A DNA stretch of 58,712 bases from contig JAEOSZ010000114.1 in the NCBI GenBank assembly GCA_016840095.1, positions 1-58,712 on the forward strand, given 5' to 3'. The stretch comes from Candidatus Heimdallarchaeota archaeon (GTDB lineage: Archaea > Asgardarchaeota > Heimdallarchaeia > Heimdallarchaeales > Heimdallarchaeaceae). Below, in pieces: positions 1 to 8,117 of this stretch. The translations under genes were made by a program, and so were the position numbers. Position 1 is the stretch's first letter. Each line of letters starts with the position of its first letter. Below the pieces are notes generated by a model, which saw only the letters and a list, made by a program, of their open reading frames with translations, made no database searches and had not been told where the DNA came from.

Positions 1-1115
1 ATTCCAGGTTCTGTAGCACCCTTAATCATGAAAAGGACACTTGGAATACCTTCATGAATAAAAGCCATGCTACTCCCTCTGTTTGTTATACTATTTACAG
101 TTAAAGTGGGATAGTTATTTGACAAACCCTGCTCTCGAATAATGCTGTGTAGATCTTCATCACCAGTAACAATTGATGCAATAAAACCAGGTAGATTATC
201 TATGTTATGAATCTCTAGACAGAGTATGATGTCTTCGAGTCCTCTACTCTCAATGAATTTCCAAGCACCATCAAGCCCTTGTTCTTCTCCCCCAAAAGAT
301 GCGAAGATATATGAAAACTCTGTATCTACTGAAGCTATTTTCTTTGCAAGTTCTACTAGTATCCCTGTCCCTGCTGCGCTGTCTCTAGCTCCAATTGAAT
401 ACTCTACAGTGTCATGATGAGAACATATTAGAATAGTTTCTTTTCTTTTTCCCCTATGTTCTAAAACAATGTTATGAAGCAATCCCTCATTCATTTGTCC
501 TTTAACTTTCAACTTGAATTCCTTATTAAAATCAAATTTTTCTAGATGTGTGAATCTTGCAGCTGGTACAACCATTGTAGGGATTTGAGCAAATATGGAT
601 TCATCTTCGATAAAAGGATCTGAACGAGTTACATTCTGATTAAAATTACTTAAAAGAACAACTCCTTTTGGTTTTAGTCTGTATAATTTCTTTAAGTTGG
701 TAAATACTTCAGGTTCCAAGTAATCTCGAAGGAAGAATACAAAGATGATTTTATCTTGAATGTCAAGAAGCGATATCTCTTCAATTTGGTTAATTGAACC
801 CAAATAATAACCAGTTCCTTCAACTCCTTCCCCTATTGTGCTCTTTGTCATCCACATAGGTTTTCCTCTGATAATATCCCCTTCAGGAAGTTGTGAGATA
901 GTTGCTTCAACTCCTTCATAGTATCGATGAGGATAAACTTCCTTTCGACTATTATCTGGTTCTTTCTCTTTAAATTTTGAAAGAAGAAAATCAGCTGTTA
1001 TCTCTTCTCCAGAAGATCCAGATATTCTTACACCAATATTCTCACACAAGTATTTCAGAAGCTTAAAAGCTTTTTTTTCATCAAAGTCTTCTGGATTAAA
1101 TTTCACAATTGACAC
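1..1115 (-). CDS. M28 family Zn peptidase with probable PA domain (3' end runs off the window)
   Basis: Not in the ORF track. Manual translation from GTG at 1115 (overlaps the upstream TAG) begins MSIVKFNPEDFDEKKAFKLLKYLCENIGVRISGSSGE, and the same frame contains ILICSHHDT..GARDSAAG..FGGEEQGLDG, the M28 metal-binding motifs. Confidence 0.85.
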   Translation of the reverse strand, partial: MSIVKFNPEDFDEKKAFKLLKYLCENIGVRISGSSGEEITADFLLSKFKEKEPDNSRKEVYPHRYYEGVEATISQLPEGDIIRGKPMWMTKSTIGEGVEGTGYYLGSINQIEEISLLDIQDKIIFVFFLRDYLEPEVFTNLKKLYRLKPKGVVLLSNFNQNVTRSDPFIEDESIFAQIPTMVVPAARFTHLEKFDFNKEFKLKVKGQMNEGLLHNIVLEHRGKRKETILICSHHDTVEYSIGARDSAAGTGILVELAKKIASVDTEFSYIFASFGGEEQGLDGAWKFIESRGLEDIILCLEIHNIDNLPGFIASIVTGDEDLHSIIREQGLSNNYPTLTVNSITNRGSSMAFIHEGIPSVLFMIKGATEPG

Positions 1116-2044
1116 TATCCTACAGTATAAAATTCTAATTTTTCTAAATTAATGAAACCGAATGATACTAATGTACTAATCACTGTAATAAAATATGGAA
1201 AGGCTTGGACTTGAACTAATTTTTCCTTAACTTGATCATAAATATCAATGAGTGTTTTATGTTCATTCCCCAAACATGCTTGCATTATCTTCTTGTACAT
1301 CCTATAACTGACAATGTTCAGTTCTGGAAAAAGTTCGTTAACATGATCCTCAAAGATAAAGATGTGTTCTTGAGTTGAGTGAGGTATAGCTTTTGATGAA
1401 TGTAGTAATAAGTTCAACTCTAGAAGTTCCTTTTCTTTGGGCCTTGAAGTAATCATATAATCAAGATAAACTCCTAAGTAGCTTAATAGTGCTTCATCTA
1501 GATATACTAAAGATTCTAAAGTGTTTGCAAGACTAATAACCCACTCTCTCACAAAATTTTCATCTGTATCAGTGGATACTTTTGTTTTGATTTCAACAAA
1601 ACCTAAAGGAGAGATTGAATCAATTATCTTTCCCTCTTTCTCTGTTTTTAGAATATATTTTCTTTGCCTTAGTTTATCCTTAATTTCTAAGCAAAAGAAA
1701 TTATAACCACCAAAATCCTTGGTAGGATTGATTACTTCCTCCAAAAATTCAGTTTTCTTGGGAACTGGAATATTAAATCCAGACATCTCTGTAATTACTG
1801 GAGTCTCTGTTCTCGGTTGACTTTCAACAGTAACTTGAGATCGGACATCATAATTAGTATCAACAAAGAGCTTAATAGCCTTCAATTCATCATTAGAGCA
1901 AATATGTACATCAGCATATTCACTATAACCATGAGATTCTACTTTATCACCTTGTAAAGCAGGTGCAATGAATAATATTCTTTGCTTCCCACAGTTATTA
2001 CACTGATATTCTATCTTCTGACGAATGTTTGATTTTAAGCTCAC
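1115..2044 (-). CDS. Hypothetical protein with N-terminal CxxC...HxC zinc-binding domain and possible C-terminal winged helix
   Basis: 309-aa ORF; CNNC...HIC...LFVDTNYDVRS at the N-terminus; C-terminus TLIDIYDQV...ISTLVSFGFI resembles a wHTH end. Confidence 0.7.
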   Translation of the reverse strand: MSLKSNIRQKIEYQCNNCGKQRILFIAPALQGDKVESHGYSEYADVHICSNDELKAIKLFVDTNYDVRSQVTVESQPRTETPVITEMSGFNIPVPKKTEFLEEVINPTKDFGGYNFFCLEIKDKLRQRKYILKTEKEGKIIDSISPLGFVEIKTKVSTDTDENFVREWVISLANTLESLVYLDEALLSYLGVYLDYMITSRPKEKELLELNLLLHSSKAIPHSTQEHIFIFEDHVNELFPELNIVSYRMYKKIMQACLGNEHKTLIDIYDQVKEKLVQVQAFPYFITVISTLVSFGFINLEKLEFYTVG

Positions 2045-2110
2045 AACTATCCCATGCTCTACAAGATTATAAACTGAGCTGAATCATTATATCTTTTGCT
2101 ATACTTCTAT

Positions 2111-2758
2111 CTATATAAAAGCGTCAAGAACCGCTATATAATGTAGTGCAGCACCTACAATTATCAATACGTGAAATATGTCATGAAAATTGAAAAATTT
2201 GGCAAATTTCTTTCTTTGGTTAATTGCATGAAGTATTGCTCCAATGGTATAAGCTACTCCGCCAAATAATACCAATAACAAAATTCTTAGTGGAAATACT
2301 TTAAACATATAGTCAACTCTGATTACAATCATCCATCCCATAAAAAGATAAATTCCTACATCAATCCAATTAGGAATCTCTATTTTGTATATCTTGAAAA
2401 TACTTCCAGCAAGTGCAAAAATCCATTGAAAAGCAATAATTGTCCATCTGAAATTTCCGTCAGTATAAATATAGGAAATAGCTGTATATGAACCAGCTAT
2501 CATGCAATAAATTGCAACATGATCTACTTTTCTCCAAAAAGAGACTTCATTCTCTTCTTTCTTAAAATTATGATAAATAGCACTTGCTGCAAACATGAAG
2601 CATAGACAGAATGTGTAGATGATTGTAGTTAGAAGAGTACCCACACTCAATCTTGAAAAATAAATTAGAAATATAGAACCTACAAGAGCAACAATTAAAG
2701 CTACATAATGTGAATAGGAAGCAAATATTTCATCAGTTTTTGGTTTTTGTAGATTCAT
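2111..2758 (-). CDS. Hemolysin III / PAQR (CREST superfamily) 7TM protein
   Basis: ASAIYH, DHVAIY..IAGSYT and HDIFH motifs; about 7 TM helices. Start moved to ATG 2758 because a TATA-like box lies about 27 nt upstream. Confidence 0.9.
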   Translation of the reverse strand: MNLQKPKTDEIFASYSHYVALIVALVGSIFLIYFSRLSVGTLLTTIIYTFCLCFMFAASAIYHNFKKEENEVSFWRKVDHVAIYCMIAGSYTAISYIYTDGNFRWTIIAFQWIFALAGSIFKIYKIEIPNWIDVGIYLFMGWMIVIRVDYMFKVFPLRILLLVLFGGVAYTIGAILHAINQRKKFAKFFNFHDIFHVLIIVGAALHYIAVLDAFI

Positions 2759-2808
2759 ACTGAAGAGGATTTTATTGAACTCATATATAACACTTTTCTG
2801 GAAACATT

Positions 2809-4428
2809 TCACTCTTCTTCATTATTCAATGGACTTCCTAAATCCTTCAACCTTTGTTTAACATCAAAGTCCTCATAATCAACTACTTTTTCTTCTTGTT
2901 GTCTTTTCATATGAGCTTCAATTCTGTCTAAGCTATCAAAGTCAGCTCTCTTTTTCTCTACTCTTTCCTTATCTTTCTTCACTTCTTCAGCCCGTGCTTC
3001 GAAATCTAACCTAAATTTGATGTATTCTCTAAGACTCATGTTAGTTGCATTAACTTTGTATCTAAGAATCAACGTTATAGAAAGTAAGGTTAGAATTATA
3101 GTTAGAATCCATAGAATTATTTGATCTGGAATAGGTTCAGAAGATATGATTCTTAAAAGAACAACCATGAAATGTGATAAAATAGCCATCAATATTGGTA
3201 CGATTATAAACATAAATGCTATATCACTTAGAAAAGTCGTTATTGCAAATCCTCTTCCTGTGAAAAATAGTATGATGTAATTTACTACCAAGTAAGTGGT
3301 AAATAGTGCTATTACTACCCATGCATATATTGTTAGTGTAAAATCTCCTGTAACAAAAGCATAAGTAACAAATGCAACTAAGAAGATAGCTACAGTTATT
3401 TGCTGAACTATTTTTTCTCGCTTAGGAGATAGTGTTCTTCTAGTTTTTGTTGAAGTTTCTTCTCTAACAGTAGTCGGTTCTTTATCTAGATGCTTAAGCA
3501 GTTTTTCTCCACAATTCATGCAATGACCAAGGTTTATATCTGTCTTCTCATGACAATAAGTACATTCAACAAAGGTTATTTTACGTTCTTTCTTAGGTAT
3601 TATGGGTTGAGTAATAACCTGCTTCTTTGTAGGTTTATCCTTTGATTTCATTTTCTCGATTCTTGCAGTTCTTTCTTGACTTTTTTGTTGCAATCTTTGA
3701 ATCTGAGATGTTGATTGGAAATGAGCTTTAGTGGTCTGAAGAACAGGAGTTTCTGATCGATCTTTTGTTAGAAAAGCCTTCTTAGCAGAATAAGGTTGAA
3801 TTTCTGAAGTTTCTATAAATTCTCTTATTCTGGTGACATCAATTATTAATTTTAAACCTACAATTATCATTAAAAGTGATTCAATTGAGCCATCAAAAAC
3901 CCTAATAAAAATTTCAAAAGTTACATCATTAGCATAACTGGATACTGCTCCTAAGACTGAAATAATAACTGCAAAATACGCAAACAAAATATAGAAGAAA
4001 CTACCTATTTTAAGATTAAATATACTTTTGATTTTTTCGAATAGCTTGTTTAATTTGAGATAAGCTAAAACTCTACCAAATATTAGAGCTAATCCTACGA
4101 ATCCAGCTGTTACTGGAAATCCAAAAGTTAACATATCAAACAAAACTGATCCTGCATAAATAAAAATCCACATAGCAGTCTGGTTTCCAGCTTTTGTAAT
4201 GTGATCAACAAAGTATATATCAGTAATCTCCCGTAATCCCCAACCTATAGGAAGCAGACTTAGACATACTAAACTAATGAACAAATAACCAACAATTTGA
4301 CTTCGAGCTGACAAGTACCATAATAGTTGATCTGCTATGTTTAGTAATCCAAGAAGCATGAAAGCAATAGAACCATAAATTACAATGTTTGAATATTTCC
4401 TGATTGGAGTTTTTTGTATTTCAGTCAT
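2809..4428 (-). CDS. Multi-pass membrane protein with central double zinc ribbon
   Basis: About 6 TM, then a charged linker, CTYC/CMNC, about 4 more TM and a coiled-coil tail. Confidence 0.75.
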   Translation of the reverse strand: MTEIQKTPIRKYSNIVIYGSIAFMLLGLLNIADQLLWYLSARSQIVGYLFISLVCLSLLPIGWGLREITDIYFVDHITKAGNQTAMWIFIYAGSVLFDMLTFGFPVTAGFVGLALIFGRVLAYLKLNKLFEKIKSIFNLKIGSFFYILFAYFAVIISVLGAVSSYANDVTFEIFIRVFDGSIESLLMIIVGLKLIIDVTRIREFIETSEIQPYSAKKAFLTKDRSETPVLQTTKAHFQSTSQIQRLQQKSQERTARIEKMKSKDKPTKKQVITQPIIPKKERKITFVECTYCHEKTDINLGHCMNCGEKLLKHLDKEPTTVREETSTKTRRTLSPKREKIVQQITVAIFLVAFVTYAFVTGDFTLTIYAWVVIALFTTYLVVNYIILFFTGRGFAITTFLSDIAFMFIIVPILMAILSHFMVVLLRIISSEPIPDQIILWILTIILTLLSITLILRYKVNATNMSLREYIKFRLDFEARAEEVKKDKERVEKKRADFDSLDRIEAHMKRQQEEKVVDYEDFDVKQRLKDLGSPLNNEEE

Positions 4429-4688
4429 TTGCAAAACCTTTCAAATCTGGTGAGTTATAAAGCTAATTAATTGCGCTAATATTCTAAAAATTGATACAAT
4501 TATAAACACTCTCTTCTAACTAAGGTATCTCAAATTTTGATACATACATAAGAAATCACATTTTTTTCAATTGTCGATAGATTTGCTATATAAATTTATT
4601 CATGAAACATTCTCTTTAGGAAAGGAGGATAAGAAGCCTTAAAACTGCTTTTTTCGAGTAAATTCTATAAAAAAGAATAGGGGTTCAA

Positions 4689-7055
4689 ATGAAATTTGTT
4701 GAGAAATATTCTAATTTTCTTAAAAAATATAAATTAATTGTTATTATCGCTTGGGTAGTAATAATAGGTTTCAGTGTTTGGTTAGCTCCCAAATTTATAT
4801 CAGAAACTAGTGGAGATTTCAATGTACCTGAAGATACTCCATCATTTATTGCCAATACAATTTTGAAAGAGGAGTTTCCTGATATAGATACAGAAACAAC
4901 TATAGTATTAGTTATTCAAAATCCCAATGGTACAGTTCTAACTACAGATATTGAAGATTTCAGCTATGATTTTAACTCAACGGTAATGGCATCAAATTTC
5001 TCTGATATTATTGTTAGTATTAATGGTTATTACTATCTAATAGCTAGTGGATTGACTGATGCTGCTATGGGATATGTGAGTGATTCAAATAATACTATGA
5101 TTTTTGAAATCAATATTAATGCTGTATCTGATGATGAGCTGAATGAACTTGTTGAATTTCTAAATCTCTCAATTGATAGCATTGAACCTGAAGGTTACAG
5201 TATCTTACTTACAGGATCACACATACTTTTTGAAGACATGAAAAGAGCTTCTGAGAAAGATATTATTGTTATGGATTCAATTGTACTACCTTTAGCATTA
5301 ATTGTCTTAGCATTAGTTTTGAAAAGTTTTAAACTGATGATAATTCCAATAGTAAGTGTAGCATTTTCTATAGGAACCTCATTTGGATTAATGTATCCTA
5401 TTGCAAGAGCTATGCCAGTATTCAGTTTTGTACCCAGTGTTATGATGTCTCTTGTCATAGCTATGTCAATTGATTATTCCTTATTCTTACTCTCTAGATA
5501 CAGAGAAGAGTTAATCAGAGGAAGAGATAACTATACAGCTGTCACACTTATGCTAGAACATGCAGGTCATACAATTGGTGTAAGTGGAATCACATTAGCT
5601 ATTTGCTTTTTTGGTCTAGTATTTTTCCCCATAGGATTGCTTGCAACTATTGGATTAGGTTCTGCAGTCTGTATTCTAACTACACTGTTAGTTAATTTAA
5701 CATTAACACCTGCACTTCTGTTCCAATTTGGTGGTTTCTTCTCTAAATTTAGATTACTCAAGAAGAAACAAGATGAGCTTCCTAAAACAGAAAAAGAAAG
5801 AAAAGAGCTGGAACTCCAAAATCAGATGAAAAGTATCTGGTACAAAATAGGTAAATTTGCCACAAAATATTCTATTCCAATAATATTAGTAACCTTAGTA
5901 GTAGCTATTCCAGTCTCCATACAAATGTTGAAAATGGATACATCAATAGGTGAGGTACATATACTTCCTAGGCAAGCAGAATCCACGATGGCATTTGATA
6001 TTCTTAAAGAAGAATTCCAACCTGGAATGCTGGCACCTATGTATATTCTTATTGAGACTAATCAGACTAATGGAATAATCAATCCTGCATTCTTTACTCT
6101 TACTCAAACGATAATTATAGATATTGCTAATCAGACGGATATTACTGAACAGTCATTCATAACGATATCTTGGGGACAAGGATTCGCTATTCCTTTCTTC
6201 GTTGCTTATGAGTATCTTAACAATGTATCAGCAGCTTATGATACAGAAAATGCTGTTCTTTACAGAGAAATGATTTTCGCTAGATATACTAATGGAGATA
6301 ACTCTACTGTTATGATTGATGTGCAACCAAGTTTTGATCCATTTGGAAGCTATGTTGAAGACTGGATTAAAGCTACAAGAGAGATTCTAGCAGAGTATGA
6401 AGATTCTTCCGGTTTTAAATTTCATCTTGCTGGAGGAAGCACAGATGTTGTAGATTCTGTTGATTTAGTCTATGAGATGTTTCCATTAATGATAGGGATT
6501 ATAGTTGTTATTGTTTACATCTTAATTGCTTTAATGTTCAAGTCAGTCTTCGTACCACTCAGATTGATTATAACTATTGGTTTAACTTTATCTTGGATTT
6601 ACGGATTAACGGCACTGATTTTTGATGTAGGAATTTTTGATGGAGTTATCCATGTTCTACAAGATATTAATCATCTCTATTGGGCTACTCCAGTAATGTC
6701 ATTTTCAATACTTATAGGCTTGGGGCTTGACTACGACATATTCCTCCTTTCAAGAGTTTCTGAGTATAGAAACAATGGCTATACTGAAAGAGCTTCTGTT
6801 ATCAAGGGATTATATAGAACAGGAGGTATCATTAGTATGGCAGGTGTTATCATGGCTATTGCTTTCAGTGGAATGATGTTTAGCAGTGTAATGATTTTAA
6901 ATGAATTTGGTTTCATTCTTGCATTAGCTGTGTTGATTGATACTTTCATTATAAGAACCATCTTGGTTCCAGCTATAATGAGTCTAGCTTCAAAATGGAA
7001 CTGGTGGCCTAGAAAACTGAAACCACCTACGAAGGATCTTGAAGATGTAGAGTGA
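4689..7055 (+). CDS. MMPL family RND transporter
   Basis: Two MMPL repeats with SIDYSLFLLSRYREE and GLDYDIFLLSRVSE; C-terminal WNWWP. Confidence 0.92.
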   Translation: MKFVEKYSNFLKKYKLIVIIAWVVIIGFSVWLAPKFISETSGDFNVPEDTPSFIANTILKEEFPDIDTETTIVLVIQNPNGTVLTTDIEDFSYDFNSTVMASNFSDIIVSINGYYYLIASGLTDAAMGYVSDSNNTMIFEININAVSDDELNELVEFLNLSIDSIEPEGYSILLTGSHILFEDMKRASEKDIIVMDSIVLPLALIVLALVLKSFKLMIIPIVSVAFSIGTSFGLMYPIARAMPVFSFVPSVMMSLVIAMSIDYSLFLLSRYREELIRGRDNYTAVTLMLEHAGHTIGVSGITLAICFFGLVFFPIGLLATIGLGSAVCILTTLLVNLTLTPALLFQFGGFFSKFRLLKKKQDELPKTEKERKELELQNQMKSIWYKIGKFATKYSIPIILVTLVVAIPVSIQMLKMDTSIGEVHILPRQAESTMAFDILKEEFQPGMLAPMYILIETNQTNGIINPAFFTLTQTIIIDIANQTDITEQSFITISWGQGFAIPFFVAYEYLNNVSAAYDTENAVLYREMIFARYTNGDNSTVMIDVQPSFDPFGSYVEDWIKATREILAEYEDSSGFKFHLAGGSTDVVDSVDLVYEMFPLMIGIIVVIVYILIALMFKSVFVPLRLIITIGLTLSWIYGLTALIFDVGIFDGVIHVLQDINHLYWATPVMSFSILIGLGLDYDIFLLSRVSEYRNNGYTERASVIKGLYRTGGIISMAGVIMAIAFSGMMFSSVMILNEFGFILALAVLIDTFIIRTILVPAIMSLASKWNWWPRKLKPPTKDLEDVE

Positions 7056-7182
7056 AACTTCCACTCTTTTTCTTCTTATTTTGAAATTTTCTTAGCATTA
7101 ATTCAATACAAAAAAGCAGCACACCAGAAACGACTGCTAATGAAGTACCAAGCACAATATTCCATATTTCTTCCACTTTCAT
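7027..7182 (-). CDS. Putative small single-pass membrane protein (51 aa)
   Basis: Manual translation MKVEEIWNIVLGTSLAVVSGVLLFCIELMLRKFQNKKKKSGSFTLHLQDPS*: hydrophobic helix followed by a basic patch; TTTTATA box about 27 nt upstream. Confidence 0.5.
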   Translation of the reverse strand: MKVEEIWNIVLGTSLAVVSGVLLFCIELMLRKFQNKKKKSGSFTLHLQDPS

Positions 7183-7322
7183 CACACAATAATATAGCGA
7201 GAAATTAGTATAAAAGCAAGAATTTTCGTTAAAACTTTAAGAAAACTTATTAGTCACAAAATCATATTTTACAATAACACTCTTTGGGAAAATTAAATTT
7301 CTCTTCTAAATGGGGATAGAAC

Positions 7323-8003
7323 ATGTTTGGAGTATATCTTGACGGTTTGAGACAAGCAGAAGATTTGTTGAACAAAGGAGAACATAGTGAGGCTATGAAT
7401 CAGCTCAATTTGCTAGAGAAAGGAGTTGAACTCGATGAAATTGAGAAACTAGCAGCAATGCTACTTAATTGTCAAATTATGATTAAGCTAGGTGATTATG
7501 AGAAAAGTTTTCTATTAGCAAAAACAGCTTTTAGAAAGAGTATGGAAATATCTCATCCTTTGCTTGTCGTTGATTCTACAATCACTTTTTTGGATGCAAT
7601 CAATGGATTAGGGATGCTTTATGATTCATCAAGTAAAGATCAGAAAGAATTTGTTCAGATGGTTTCACGAAGTGAGGATATTCTGAAGACAATCACTGAT
7701 GTAGGAAAAAAAGATAAAACAATTAGAACCAATCATCTTGGTAGAATCAAAGGAATTATTGAATATTCTAAGGTTAAGACAGTTCCTGTTAAGAAAGAGA
7801 AAACCAAAGCTAAGATCGCCAGTTTACCAATTGAACAAGTTAAAGGAGTTGGTCAAAAAGCTGCAGATCTTAGAAGAGCAGGATTTAAGGATGCTAGTCA
7901 ATTAGCACTAGCAAACCCTGAAGATCTCACTCCCATAAAAGGAATTGGACTGGCTTCAGCTAAGAAACTAATTGACAGTGCAAAAGAATTATTGAATAAG
8001 TGA
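7323..8003 (+). CDS. TPR-like N-terminal module fused to C-terminal tandem helix-hairpin-helix domain
   Basis: C-terminal VKGVG...AGF...IKGIGLASAKKLI (HhH pair); N-terminus resembles the N-termini of the TPR paralogs at 46-58 kb. Confidence 0.75.
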   Translation: MFGVYLDGLRQAEDLLNKGEHSEAMNQLNLLEKGVELDEIEKLAAMLLNCQIMIKLGDYEKSFLLAKTAFRKSMEISHPLLVVDSTITFLDAINGLGMLYDSSSKDQKEFVQMVSRSEDILKTITDVGKKDKTIRTNHLGRIKGIIEYSKVKTVPVKKEKTKAKIASLPIEQVKGVGQKAADLRRAGFKDASQLALANPEDLTPIKGIGLASAKKLIDSAKELLNK

Positions 8004-8117
8004 CAAACATGTTCGATTTTTATTATAGAATCAGCTGAATATTACTAGATAATTAATTATTATCCAAAAAAGAGATATACTACTCCTTTCAAACATCCTT
8101 AACAACGAGGAATATTG

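Noticed and set aside
226-417. 63-aa plus-strand ORF, and the many similar short ORFs nested in or antisense to long genes (e.g. 13798..14199, 24961..25410, 39800..40132)
   Set aside because: They overlap well-supported genes and carry no recognisable motifs.
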